64,000 nt of DNA from Myxococcota bacterium (GTDB lineage: Bacteria; Myxococcota_A; UBA9160; UBA6930), in assembly GCA_965223415.1 (NCBI GenBank), contig OZ245002.1, positions 3,910,242-3,974,241 on the forward strand, read 5' to 3'. The position numbers were made by a program, and so were the translations under genes. The notes under the pieces are model-generated. The model did not search any database and was not told where the DNA came from. It was given only the letters and a program-made list of their open reading frames with translations. Positions 30,137-39,416 of the stretch are shown piece after piece (positions within the stretch are counted from its first letter, which is position 1; the number at the start of each line of letters is the position of its first letter).

Positions 30137-31078
30137 ATGTCGGTGTTGTGTACAGGATCGGTGGCGGTGGATCACATCATGGTGTTCCGGGGCCGATTCC
30201 GGGACGTGATCCTGCCGGACAAGGTCCACATGCTGAACGTCGCCTTCCACGTGCCCGAGCTGCGGCGCAGCTTCGGCGGCACCGCGGCGAACATCGCCTT
30301 CAACCTGCGCCTGCTCGACGTGGATCCCCTCATCCTCGCGACGGTCGGCGGGGCCGACTTCGCCGCCTACGCCGAGTGGCTCGATCGGCACGGGCTGCGC
30401 CGGGACACCATCGTGCCCCTGGCGGACGAGTCCACGGCCGGCGCGTACATCACGACGGATCTGGACGACAACCAGATCACCGGCTTCCATCCGGGCGCCA
30501 TGGATCGGGCCCACGAGGCCGGCCTGGATCTCGTCCGGGCTCCCTACGAGATCGCCGTGGTCTCCCCCAACGGCAAGCAGGCGATGATCGACCACGCCCG
30601 CGGCCTCAAGGAGCGGGGCGTGGCGACGATGGTCGACCCCGGCCAGGGCCTGCCGCTCTTCGAGAAGGAGGAGCTGATCGAGCTACTGACCGGAGCCGAC
30701 CTCTACGTCGTGAACGACTACGAATGGCAGCTCACCCAGGAAACCACCGGCCTCAGCCGGGAAGAGGTGGAGGACCGGGTCGGCGCCCTGGTGGTCACCC
30801 GCGGAGAGAACGGCTCCACCATCTACCACGACGGTGCGAGCGTCGAGGTGCCCGTGGTGCGTGCGGAGCAGGTCATCGATCCCACCGGCTGTGGGGACGC
30901 CTTCCGTGCGGGCTTCCTCGCCGGCCGCCTGCGCGGCCTCGACCTCGAGGCCAGCGCTCGGCTCGGAAGCGTGATGGGCTCGTTCCTGGTCGAGCGCGCA
31001 GGAACCCAGAACGCGGACTTCGGGCAGGGCGACGTCCGCGCCCGCCATCGCGAGGCCTTCGGCACGGACCCGGAATGA
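30137..31078 (+). CDS. PfkB carbohydrate/nucleoside kinase (adenosine kinase-like)
   Basis: TGSVAVDHIM, FGGTAANIA, DPGQ, VNDYE, DPTGCGDAFRAG; RBS CAGGAG. Confidence 0.92.
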   Translation: MSVLCTGSVAVDHIMVFRGRFRDVILPDKVHMLNVAFHVPELRRSFGGTAANIAFNLRLLDVDPLILATVGGADFAAYAEWLDRHGLRRDTIVPLADESTAGAYITTDLDDNQITGFHPGAMDRAHEAGLDLVRAPYEIAVVSPNGKQAMIDHARGLKERGVATMVDPGQGLPLFEKEELIELLTGADLYVVNDYEWQLTQETTGLSREEVEDRVGALVVTRGENGSTIYHDGASVEVPVVRAEQVIDPTGCGDAFRAGFLAGRLRGLDLEASARLGSVMGSFLVERAGTQNADFGQGDVRARHREAFGTDPE

Positions 31079-32271
31079 CGGGCGGGCAGGCGGGCGCATG
31101 GCGGGACTGGCTGTGGCTGGCGATCTCGCTGGCGATTCCGCTGCCCTGGATCGTCGTACACGTCCGCGGCGCCCATCCGGCGCCGGAGCTCGTCGCGCTG
31201 CTCGCCGGCGCGGCGATCCTCGGCTCCGCCATGCTGCTCTCCTGGGCGACAGAGCTGGCGGAGAAGGACATTCCCCAGTCCCTGGCCCTGCTGGTGCTCG
31301 CCCTGGTGAGTGTGCTGCCCGAGTACGCCGTCGATCTCTCCTTCGCGATTCGCGCCGCCGAGGATCCGGAGTACGCCCAGTACGCGGTCGCCAACATGAC
31401 CGGCGCGAATCGCCTGCTGATCGGACTCGGCTGGGCCACGGTGGTGCTCGTGGCGTGTCGGCGCAGTCGTACGTCGGAGCTCGAGCTACCGCCGACGCGG
31501 ATCCTCGAGCTCCGCTTCCTGCTGGCCGCGACCGTCTATGCCTTCCTGATCCCCCTCGATGGAAGGCTCTCGCTCCTCGACGCCGCGGTGCTGATCGGCC
31601 TCTTCCTCGCCTACGCCTTCCGGGCCTCCCGCGGCTACGCGGAAGACGTCGAGCTCGTCGGCCCGCCGGCGCGCCTCGAGGCCCGCTTCGGCGACACCGG
31701 TCGCCGCGTGTGGGCCCTGGTCCTCTTCCTGTTCGCCGGTTACGCCATCTGGGTCGCCGCCGAGCCCTTCGCCGAGAGCCTCGTCGCGGTCGGCAAGCGC
31801 ACGGCCATCGACGAGTTCGTGCTCGTGCAATGGGTGGCGCCCCTCGCGTCCGAGTCGCCGGAGTTCATGATCGCGCTGCTCTTCGCCTTCCGGATGCGCG
31901 GTGAGGTGGGGCTCGGGGCGTTGATCTCGTCGAAGGTGAACCAGTGGACGCTCCTGGTCGGGGCGCTCCCCATCGCCTACTGCGTGGCGGCCGGGACCCT
32001 GAGCGGCCTCCTCCTCACCCCACGCCAGAGCGAGGAGCTGTGGCTGACGGCGGCCCAATCGCTCTTCGCCGTGCTCGTGGTGGCGGATCGGGTCTTCCGG
32101 GTCTGGGAGGCCGTGGCGATCGCCGGCCTGTTCGCCGTGCAGCTCGTCTTCCCGAGCCCGGAAGTCCGCATCGCCTTCACCTGGCTCTACCTGGTGCTGT
32201 TCGCCGGCTTGCTGGCCCACTCGTCGGCGCGACGCCGGGCGATGCTCCGGCTCCTTCGGTTCCGGCGCTAG
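31075..32271 (+). CDS. Sodium:calcium/cation antiporter (CaCA family)
   Basis: Alpha repeats SVLPEYAVD...ANMTGANRLLIG and APLASESPE...LISSKVNQW; multiple TM segments. Confidence 0.88.
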   Translation: MTGGQAGAWRDWLWLAISLAIPLPWIVVHVRGAHPAPELVALLAGAAILGSAMLLSWATELAEKDIPQSLALLVLALVSVLPEYAVDLSFAIRAAEDPEYAQYAVANMTGANRLLIGLGWATVVLVACRRSRTSELELPPTRILELRFLLAATVYAFLIPLDGRLSLLDAAVLIGLFLAYAFRASRGYAEDVELVGPPARLEARFGDTGRRVWALVLFLFAGYAIWVAAEPFAESLVAVGKRTAIDEFVLVQWVAPLASESPEFMIALLFAFRMRGEVGLGALISSKVNQWTLLVGALPIAYCVAAGTLSGLLLTPRQSEELWLTAAQSLFAVLVVADRVFRVWEAVAIAGLFAVQLVFPSPEVRIAFTWLYLVLFAGLLAHSSARRRAMLRLLRFRR

Positions 32272-33086
32272 CGGGCGTCCGCCAGCCAGGCGACCGCGGC
32301 TGCCACGTTGTCCCCCGCCCGCTTCTCGCGATGGGAGCCGCAGGCGCGCTCGCAGACCGCCCGGGCCAGGGCGGGGGCGCGCAGGTCGGCGGGCTCCCGC
32401 CCGGCGCCTTGCACCGCGGCGGCGACGGCCGCCGCCGGGTCCTTCACCCCGATTCCTTGCTCGCTCAGCCCGTCGGTCACGCACACCACCGCGCGAACGC
32501 CCGCCAGATCGTGACGCCCGAGCTGGCAGCGGGTGTGGAGGCTCTCCGGGGTCTCCTCGCGGGTGCCCAGGAAGGGGGTCGGTCGGCCGATCCGGGAGCC
32601 CAGCTCGTGCACGCTGCCCTCCGCTCCCACCACGAAGAGGTGGCTGTCGCCGACGCAGGCGTAGAAGAGATCCCCGGTCTCGGGGCGGACGAGGGTGGCG
32701 ACCAGGGTGGTCTCCGAGTCCAGGTGCAGGCCCTGAGCCTTCTCGCGGAGGATGTCCAGGTTCGCGTCGCAGAGGGCGGCGAGGGCGTGACGACCCCAGC
32801 CGGTGAGGAAGCTCGCGTCGTCGCCGGTCCACTGGGGCGCCGGGTGGGCGAGCAGGTGCTCGACCGCCACCTCCGCCGCCTCGAAGCCCGAATGGCCGTC
32901 GGCCACGACCAACAGGGCGCCACCGGTCCCGCGGAAGAATCCGGCGGTGTCCTCGTTGGGATCGGTGTGCAGGTAGCTCTTGGGTGCGCCGCCCCGGGAG
33001 TTGGCGATGGCGACGGGTCCCTCGGCGACCACGTCCACCGCGCCGAGGTGGTCATGCTCCCGGCCACGAAGGACCGCGGACTTCAT
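32268..33086 (-). CDS. PP2C/SpoIIE-family protein phosphatase
   Basis: PNED, VVADGHSG, VGDSH, VCVTDGL, GDNVA motifs. Confidence 0.88.
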   Translation of the reverse strand: MKSAVLRGREHDHLGAVDVVAEGPVAIANSRGGAPKSYLHTDPNEDTAGFFRGTGGALLVVADGHSGFEAAEVAVEHLLAHPAPQWTGDDASFLTGWGRHALAALCDANLDILREKAQGLHLDSETTLVATLVRPETGDLFYACVGDSHLFVVGAEGSVHELGSRIGRPTPFLGTREETPESLHTRCQLGRHDLAGVRAVVCVTDGLSEQGIGVKDPAAAVAAAVQGAGREPADLRAPALARAVCERACGSHREKRAGDNVAAAVAWLADAR

Positions 33087-33172
33087 GGGTCGCAGGATAT
33101 CGGCGCCGTCGCTGGCCTGCGAGTGATCCGGCGCGGTGTATCGGAGGAACCCCTTAGATACTCCCTTCGTCG

Positions 33173-34168
33173 TCAACCCTTCGTGGCGAAGAATTTCTCG
33201 CCAAGGAAGTCCTGGTCGTGGCGGAGCATGCCGTAGATGGCGTGGAGCAGCTTCCGCATGACGGCGACGAGTGCTTGCATCTTGGTTTTGCCCTTGGAGA
33301 GCAGCTTCTCGTAGAAGGCCTTCACGTTCGGTTCCCAGCGTGCAGCGACCATCGCAGGAAGAAAGAGTGCGCGGCGAAGGTGGGCGTTGCCGGTCTTGCT
33401 GATGCGAGCTGGCTTGTGCACAGAGGTGCCCGATTGAAACTGTCGGGGGTCGAGGCCCGCATGCGCGACCCATTGCCGGGTCGTCATGTCCTTGGGCAAG
33501 GTGCCTAGCTCGGCGAGCAACTGGATGCCGGCTGCGTCGGCGATACCCTTGATCGATGTGATGTGGCCGAAGTCTCTGGCGAGCTCGGGGCTCTGCTCGA
33601 TCACCTTCAACGCTTGCTTGCGCAGCCGATCGATTCGCCCCTCCAGGAGCTCGATCAGTTCGCGGATGTCTTGCTTCACGAACTCACTGAGCTCCTCGCT
33701 CTGGTCGTTGGCATGGAGCCGGTTCTTCTCCTGCGTCACGGTCTTGCTCAGAGCCTCCACGCGGCGGGAGAGGGCCCGTACCTCCAGAATTCGGGGGTCC
33801 GGCGGAGTCCAGGCGGAAAACTCCATGCGCATTCCGAACTCGAGAATCGTTTCCGCATCGAGCGCATCCGTCTTGGAGCGTTGAAGCGATGCCTTGGCGA
33901 ACGCGGCAATGGCCCGCGGGTTCGCCACCATCACCTGGGACGCCTTCGCACGGTGAAGCGCGAACGCGAGGTCGAGGCCGTACACCCCGGTCGATTCCAG
34001 GACGACGCGCGCCGTCGCATTCCCCTTCGTGGCCCACCGAATCAGCCTCTGGTGGCCCTTGGGATCGTTCGCAAAGACCAGCCCGCCCTCGCGAGTTCCG
34101 TTCCGGTCGATGGCGACGACGAGCTCCTTCGCCCCGACGTCCACGCCCACGTAATGACACTTCTTCAA
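33173..34168 (-). CDS. IS110 recombinase (DEDD RuvC-like + Tnp domain)
   Basis: VGVDVGAKEL (D), VLESTG (E), KTDALDA (DD), SIKGI, AGLDP..FQSGTS (catalytic Ser), ISKTGNAHLR, VMRKL; TTG start with GGAGGAG RBS. Confidence 0.95.
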   Translation of the reverse strand: MKKCHYVGVDVGAKELVVAIDRNGTREGGLVFANDPKGHQRLIRWATKGNATARVVLESTGVYGLDLAFALHRAKASQVMVANPRAIAAFAKASLQRSKTDALDAETILEFGMRMEFSAWTPPDPRILEVRALSRRVEALSKTVTQEKNRLHANDQSEELSEFVKQDIRELIELLEGRIDRLRKQALKVIEQSPELARDFGHITSIKGIADAAGIQLLAELGTLPKDMTTRQWVAHAGLDPRQFQSGTSVHKPARISKTGNAHLRRALFLPAMVAARWEPNVKAFYEKLLSKGKTKMQALVAVMRKLLHAIYGMLRHDQDFLGEKFFATKG

Positions 34169-34199
34169 GGTCTCTCCTCCCCGTGATAAGCTGGGACCC

Positions 34200-34385
34200 G
34201 GGTCTCCCGACCCTGCACATTCACCTACGGACCTTGTAGACGCAGGCTCTCGGGCCTCGGATACTCCACGGCATGGGTGACGAGGGCGGGAGGCCCATCT
34301 AACGGACAAGCTCTCTGGCTTCAGGCAGCGACGGCCTTTCCCGGGAACCCATCTCGGAGTCTCACTCAGGCCCGAAGAGCCTGCT
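34200..34385 (-). ncRNA. Putative IS110 bridge RNA: target-binding loop 34291-34337, donor-binding loop 34222-34279 (transcript ends approximate)
   Basis: Two stem/internal-loop units with matching inner hairpins; loop strands match the element's own junction (GGAGTATC, TACAAG) and flanks (CGCTGC, CCGTTAGA). Confidence 0.82.
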
Positions 34386-34486
34386 CAGAGGTACAAGAGC
34401 AGCGCGTGCCGGCCCGGATTATCCTGCCCCCCTGATCCGCATGGACGCGGATCCGCCTCAGCCGAACGCAAGGGGATGCTTCGCCC

Positions 34487-35119
34487 ATGGACTGGGTCCG
34501 GCCGGTCTGCCACGAGCTCGGGAACCTGCTGGCAGGTGTCCAGCTCTCGGGGCACTTCCTGGGCGGCGAGCTCTCCGATCGCGATCGCCGGCAGGTGGCC
34601 CGGGACGTCCAGCTCCTGAGTGCCCAGGCCGGCGCATGGGTCGCGCTGATCCGTCCGCTCCAGCTGCGCAAACCGCCGCTCTCCCGGGTGGCACCGGCCG
34701 AGATCCTGGCCGCCCTGCGCCGGAGCGTCGATGAGCTCTTGTGGAAGCCCGACCAGCTCAAGGTGTCGAAGGGCACGCGGCAGTCGGACGTCCGGGTCGA
34801 CTCGGACGCGGTCCACCATCTGCTGGCGCTCCTCGTGAGCGCCGCCCTCGCCGACGGGGGCGCGACCTCCCAGCTCCGCCTGGGCACCCGCCAGCAGTCG
34901 CGGCACCTGGTGCTGGCGCTGACCGATACGGGCCCGGTCCTGCCCAAGCCCACGGCGGTGCCCGCGGCCCGCGGGCGGGAGCTGGCGCTCCAGGTGGGCG
35001 ACGCGATCCTGCGGGCCGGCGGCGGAAGGCTCGCTCTCGTGTCGCGCCGCGTGGGCAATCGCATCGAGCTCTACCTGCCCTGGGCGCCTCGCCGGGCTCG
35101 GGCGGCGCGGCGCGGCTAG
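34487..35119 (+). CDS. Sensor-less histidine-kinase-fold protein (HisKA + degenerate HATPase)
   Basis: H-box CHELGNLL; partial G1 box DTGP; GGGRL...IELYLP; N-box Asn and G2 GxGL absent. Confidence 0.65.
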   Translation: MDWVRPVCHELGNLLAGVQLSGHFLGGELSDRDRRQVARDVQLLSAQAGAWVALIRPLQLRKPPLSRVAPAEILAALRRSVDELLWKPDQLKVSKGTRQSDVRVDSDAVHHLLALLVSAALADGGATSQLRLGTRQQSRHLVLALTDTGPVLPKPTAVPAARGRELALQVGDAILRAGGGRLALVSRRVGNRIELYLPWAPRRARAARRG

Positions 35120-35162
35120 CCCCGTTCCGGCGCGACCGCGTTCCTGGAACCGGGCTCCGTCG

Positions 35163-36086
35163 TCAGGCGGCCCGCGCCAGGGTGGCCTTGGCGGCGCGGC
35201 CCGCCCGGATCGCCCCGGTGGGCTCGCGGAGGTCCCAGACGAGCCCCACCCATGAGAGCGCCTTCAGCACGTACCAGGTCACGTCCACCTCCCACCAGAA
35301 GAAGCCGTTGCGGGCGGCCGCCTGGTAGTAGTGGTGGTTGTTGTGCCAGCCTTCGCCGCAGGTGAGCAGCGCGATCCACAGGTTGTTGCGGCTGGTGTCC
35401 GTCGTCTCGTAGCGGCGCGAGCCCCAGAGGTGGGCCAGGGAGTTCACGCAGTAGGTGGCGTGCCACAGGGCCGTGGTCGAGACGGCGAAGCCCCACACCA
35501 GGCCCGGGAAGCCCGCGACCAGGCCGCACAGCACGGCGAGGGTGAGCGGCGGTACCCAGTGGTGCTTGTTCAGCCACACGAGCTCCGGGAAGCGCGCGAA
35601 GTCCTTGATCACGTCCTCCGGCGTGCCCTCCCAGCGGGAGTCGAAGATCCAGCCCTGGTGGGAGTGGTACCAGCCGTCCTTCGGACTGTGGGGGTCGCCT
35701 TCCTGGTCGGAGAAGCGATGGTGGCGCCGGTGGTTGCCCGCCCACCAGAGCGGCCCCTTCTGGGTGGCGGAACAGCCGATCCAGGCGATCACGAACTGGA
35801 AGATGCGGCCGGTCTTGTAGCTCTTGTGGGAGAAGTAGCGGTGGTAGGCGCCGGTGATGCCGAGGACCCGCACCACGTAGGTGGCCACGCCGAGCAGTAC
35901 GGCCTCGACGGGCGCGCCGACCACCAGGACCAGGAGACAGGCGGCGTGAATGCCCCAGTAGACGGCCCTGGAGAGCACGTCCGTGCGGGTCAGCCAGCCG
36001 TCGGAGGCCTCGAAGCCCTGGCGGTAGCTCTCGGGCTCGGGCGTCCCGGGGCGCGGATCTTCCTTGGCCGGTGCAGCGCTCGCCAT
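35163..36086 (-). CDS. Delta-9 acyl-CoA/acyl-lipid desaturase
   Basis: His boxes YHRYFSH, HRRHH, GEGWHNNHH; NSLAH. Confidence 0.94.
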   Translation of the reverse strand: MASAAPAKEDPRPGTPEPESYRQGFEASDGWLTRTDVLSRAVYWGIHAACLLVLVVGAPVEAVLLGVATYVVRVLGITGAYHRYFSHKSYKTGRIFQFVIAWIGCSATQKGPLWWAGNHRRHHRFSDQEGDPHSPKDGWYHSHQGWIFDSRWEGTPEDVIKDFARFPELVWLNKHHWVPPLTLAVLCGLVAGFPGLVWGFAVSTTALWHATYCVNSLAHLWGSRRYETTDTSRNNLWIALLTCGEGWHNNHHYYQAAARNGFFWWEVDVTWYVLKALSWVGLVWDLREPTGAIRAGRAAKATLARAA

Positions 36087-36251
36087 GTTCCCTCCGGATG
36101 AGCGGTCGCGAGGATACGGACCCTTTCGGTGGCCGGGGCGCCTGGCCTGTGAAACTTGCGTAAATCCCCGGTTCGATGGGGTATCGGCCCCACGGCTGCC
36201 GACGGGAAGCGCTGGCGGGGGCCCGGAGCTTCCCCCACAATCGGGCGCGCC

Positions 36252-37067
36252 ATGGCGACGAACCCCATCGAGCCCCTGGGACTGTCCCCGCAGGAACGCG
36301 ACGCCTACCGGGAGGACGGCTTCTTCTTTCGCGCGGCCGTGCTGAGCTCCGACGAGGTGGACGGGCTTCGCACCGCCGCCGAGGAGGTGGTGAAGCGAGC
36401 CGAGCAGGCCGTGGCCGGGAGCGAGGACTGCTACGCCATCGACGGCAACCAGTACGTGGAGGTCCGGGAGCTCGGTGACGGCTCGACGGTCCAGCTCGAG
36501 CACGCGCCCGGCTCGCGCACGATCCGGGTGATCGAGCCCTTCCACTTCCTGCACCCGGTCTTCGACCGGCTCGTCGACGATCCCCGCATCGTCGAGCCCA
36601 TGCGGGGACTCGTGGGAACGGAGAGGATCGCCCTCTTCTCGGACAAGATGAACCTGAAGCGTCCCCGGGAGGGCTCGCGCTTCGACTGGCACCAGGATTC
36701 GCCCTACTGGGCGCACTTCTGCGACCACCTGGACCAGCTCCCCAACGTGCTCGTCGCCCTCGACGACGCCGATGCGCAGAACGGATGCTTCCGCGTGGTG
36801 CGCGGCAGCCACACCCAGGGCTGCCTGCCGGGACGCGAAGGCGAGGGCACCCTGGGTCCGCTCTTCACCCATCCCGATCACTTCGACGAGACGGAACAGG
36901 TCGCCCTCGAGGTGCCGGCGGGCTCCCTCGTCTTCTTCAGCCCCCACACCGTGCACGGCTCCCAGCCCAATCGCTCGGGCCGCGCCCGTCGCGCCCTGGT
37001 CCTGACCTACCAGCCCGGCGGCCGGCGCATGTTCAAGATCGACCGGGTGCGGGGCGTCGGACGTTAG
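36252..37067 (+). CDS. Phytanoyl-CoA dioxygenase (PhyH) family protein
   Basis: YREDGF, WHQD (HxD), NGCFRVVRGSH, HGSQPNRS..RRAL. Confidence 0.92.
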   Translation: MATNPIEPLGLSPQERDAYREDGFFFRAAVLSSDEVDGLRTAAEEVVKRAEQAVAGSEDCYAIDGNQYVEVRELGDGSTVQLEHAPGSRTIRVIEPFHFLHPVFDRLVDDPRIVEPMRGLVGTERIALFSDKMNLKRPREGSRFDWHQDSPYWAHFCDHLDQLPNVLVALDDADAQNGCFRVVRGSHTQGCLPGREGEGTLGPLFTHPDHFDETEQVALEVPAGSLVFFSPHTVHGSQPNRSGRARRALVLTYQPGGRRMFKIDRVRGVGR

Positions 37068-37915
37068 GCGATCAGCACCTCGCGGCACCACGAGTGCAGC
37101 CGGGTGTCGTCCACGGCCCAGGCCCAGAACGCCGCGAGCCAACGCTCGGCTGCATCCCGGTAGGCGGCGAGCCCGTGCTCGGCGAGCCAGCGGCCGGCGA
37201 AGGCGCGATCCGCGTCGGTGGCGGCCGGTGACATCGCCGGCGCCAGGTAGATCGCCGCGCCCAGCGGGTCGAGGCGCCGATCGCCGATCAGGGTGACCGG
37301 ACCGAAATCGAGGACGGCGCTGATCCCGTCGCCGTCGACCAGGACGTTGCCCGGGAAGAAGTCCATGTGCACGAGGTCGCCGCGCGCGGGCTCCGGGAGC
37401 GCGCGGGCCAGGGCCGCCGCGTCGACCGCGTCGAAGCCGGGGCCCGCCCTCGCCAGGCTTCGCGCCGCACGCGCCTCGAGATAGTCGCGTTGGGTCGGCG
37501 TGTGGATCGGATCCGCCGCCAGCAGATCGCCGAACCACGGGCGCGGGAGGGGGAGGTCGCCGATGCGGTCCGCAGCGGTCAGGTAGGCGTCGAGGAGTGC
37601 CTCACGGCGGTCGCCCCGGGCTTCCCGGAGCACGTCGCACATCGCTCGCCCCGGAAGCCGGCGCTCGACCGAGACGATCCAGTCGTCGCGGGCTTCGGTC
37701 TCGAGCACCTCGGGAAGCTCGAAGGGCACCGCGTTCCGACCCCGACCCAGCTCGGCGTAGAGCTCCGCCCGGCGTTCGACGGCCGCGCGGCTCGTTCCCG
37801 GCCGATGCACGCGCAGGACGCGAGACCCGTTCAGGGCGTACACCTGCGCCTCGCCGCCCTCTCCCAGCAGCGCGTCCGGACCGAGGCCGAACGCCCGAAG
37901 CGCCTCTTCAGGCAT
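37064..37915 (-). CDS. Aminoglycoside phosphotransferase (APH)-family kinase
   Basis: LLGEGGEAQVY, LVHMDFFPGNVL, AVLDFG. Confidence 0.85.
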   Translation of the reverse strand: MPEEALRAFGLGPDALLGEGGEAQVYALNGSRVLRVHRPGTSRAAVERRAELYAELGRGRNAVPFELPEVLETEARDDWIVSVERRLPGRAMCDVLREARGDRREALLDAYLTAADRIGDLPLPRPWFGDLLAADPIHTPTQRDYLEARAARSLARAGPGFDAVDAAALARALPEPARGDLVHMDFFPGNVLVDGDGISAVLDFGPVTLIGDRRLDPLGAAIYLAPAMSPAATDADRAFAGRWLAEHGLAAYRDAAERWLAAFWAWAVDDTRLHSWCREVLIA

Positions 37916-38675
37916 CCGGGTCGGTGGCCGCGCCCCGCCGCAAGGCGAGCACGAGCACCGTCGCACCGACGGCGCCGGCCAGCACCATCAGGCCCTGGGC
38001 CGGGGTCCAGCCGAAGTAGCGGGCATCGCCGGTGCGCAGCCCATCCAGGGCGAAACGGCCGGGCGCGTAGAGCAGGAAGAAGAGGCCGAAGAAGAAGCCG
38101 GTCGGCCGGGGCCTGCGCGCCAGTGCCACGAACACGAGGGCGATGACGCCCACGAACAGGAACTCGAGCAGCCCCAGGTCGAAGCGCGGGCCGTCCGGGA
38201 AGGCGACCGCCAGTGGGTGGGTCGAGGCCACGCCCAGGTGGTCGTGCTGGAGTGCACAGCCGAGGCGCCCGGTGGCCAGGGTGAAGGGCAGGGCGAAGAC
38301 GCAGAGGTCGAACAAGCGCAGCGCGTCCCGGGGGCCGGTGCCCTGCCAGCGCATCACGAGGAGCAGGCCGAGCAGCCCGCCGACCATGCCCCCGGTGGAG
38401 GAGAGGCTTCCCCAGACGGCGAGTAGCACGAGCGGGTTCTCCCGCAGCTGCTCCGGGAAGTAGAAGAGCACGTCGAAGACGTGGGCCGAGACCAGACCGA
38501 TGCCGATGGCCCAGATGCACAGGCTGCCGGCGCGCTCGGAGCTGAGCGCGAAGCGGGGCGCCGCCCGGACGACGACCTGGTACTGCACGATGACGGCGGT
38601 CAGGGTCAGGACCCGGAAAGCGGTCAGTTCGTAGCCGCCGAGCTCGAGGGTGGGGTGCGGGATGTAGGGCAGCAC
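37908..38675 (-). CDS. lgt: Prolipoprotein diacylglyceryl transferase
   Basis: GSLSSTGG, GRLGC..HDH.G, GRFALD.LR; multiple TM segments. Confidence 0.82.
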   Translation of the reverse strand: MLPYIPHPTLELGGYELTAFRVLTLTAVIVQYQVVVRAAPRFALSSERAGSLCIWAIGIGLVSAHVFDVLFYFPEQLRENPLVLLAVWGSLSSTGGMVGGLLGLLLVMRWQGTGPRDALRLFDLCVFALPFTLATGRLGCALQHDHLGVASTHPLAVAFPDGPRFDLGLLEFLFVGVIALVFVALARRPRPTGFFFGLFFLLYAPGRFALDGLRTGDARYFGWTPAQGLMVLAGAVGATVLVLALRRGAATDPDA

Positions 38676-38708
38676 GGGAGCGGAGCGTAGACGATACGAT
38701 GGGCGTCC

Positions 38709-39416
38709 GTGAGCGCGCCGTCCCGCAAACCGCCTCGCGAGCAGCTCGGCCAGACCGTCGGGCTCCTGCTCTTCGGCCTGCTCGTGCTCCGCCAGGTGTC
38801 GCTCTTCCCGGACCCGCTGAATCCCATCGACGGCCTGCGCTGGCTCCTGATCAGCCTGTTCTTCCTGCTGGCCTGCTCCGCCTACGCGACGCGCCACGCC
38901 GCCCGGGTGCTCGCCCGCGGACCGCTGGACGTGCTCCTGCCCCTCGTCTGCGCGGCCCTTCCGCTGGTCCAGAGCCAGGTGCCCTCCGACCTGGCCCGGG
39001 AGCTGGGCGCCGGGCTCGCAGCCTTGGGCCTGCCGCGGGACGGGCTCTGGGTCCGCCGCCTGGACGCCGGGCCGGGGTTGGGCCTCGGCCTCGCCGCCTT
39101 GGGCGAGCTCGTCATGCTCGCCGGGTTGATCAGCCTGCGCCGCTCCTTCAGCATCTTCACCGAGGCGCGGGAGCTCGTGACGACGGGGCTCTACCGCTGG
39201 GTGCGTCATCCCCTCTACCTGGGCGAGATCGCGACCGTCTGGGGTATCGCCCTCTCCTGGCCGACGCTCTGGGCCTTCGGCCTGGCGGGCGTGTTCAGTG
39301 GGCTCCAGCTCTGGCGGGCGCGCCGGGAGGAGCGGCTCCTGGCGAGCGTCTTCCCCGAGTACGCGGGCTACCGCCGGGAAGCGGGGTTCCTGTGGCCCCG
39401 CCGCGGTGCGCCCTAG
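38709..39416 (+). CDS. Isoprenylcysteine carboxyl methyltransferase-family membrane protein
   Basis: LVTTGLYRWVRHPLYLG, REERLL..FPEY. Confidence 0.88.
   Translation: MSAPSRKPPREQLGQTVGLLLFGLLVLRQVSLFPDPLNPIDGLRWLLISLFFLLACSAYATRHAARVLARGPLDVLLPLVCAALPLVQSQVPSDLARELGAGLAALGLPRDGLWVRRLDAGPGLGLGLAALGELVMLAGLISLRRSFSIFTEARELVTTGLYRWVRHPLYLGEIATVWGIALSWPTLWAFGLAGVFSGLQLWRARREERLLASVFPEYAGYRREAGFLWPRRGAP

Larger units (their letters stand above)
33156..34397 (-). mobile_element. IS110-family (IS621-like) insertion sequence, complete, CT core at both ends
   Basis: Minus strand: left end CT|TGTAC (core 34396-34397), right end GGAGTAT|CT (core 33156-33157); no TIRs; lower GC than host. Confidence 0.88.

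Noticed and set aside
33087-33473. N-terminal extension of the PP2C ORF into IS110, and a hybrid promoter from the IS -35
   Set aside because: The extension is IS sequence in another frame; 17 nt after TTGACG in the integrated state lies GGGGTT, not a -10
34169-34309. N-terminal extension of the IS110 ORF in the ORF track
   Set aside because: Overlaps the structured bridge-RNA region; a strong RBS precedes TTG at 34168 where the RuvC-like domain begins
37064-37915. APH-family gene as antibiotic resistance
   Set aside because: Only generic kinase motifs; no resistance context
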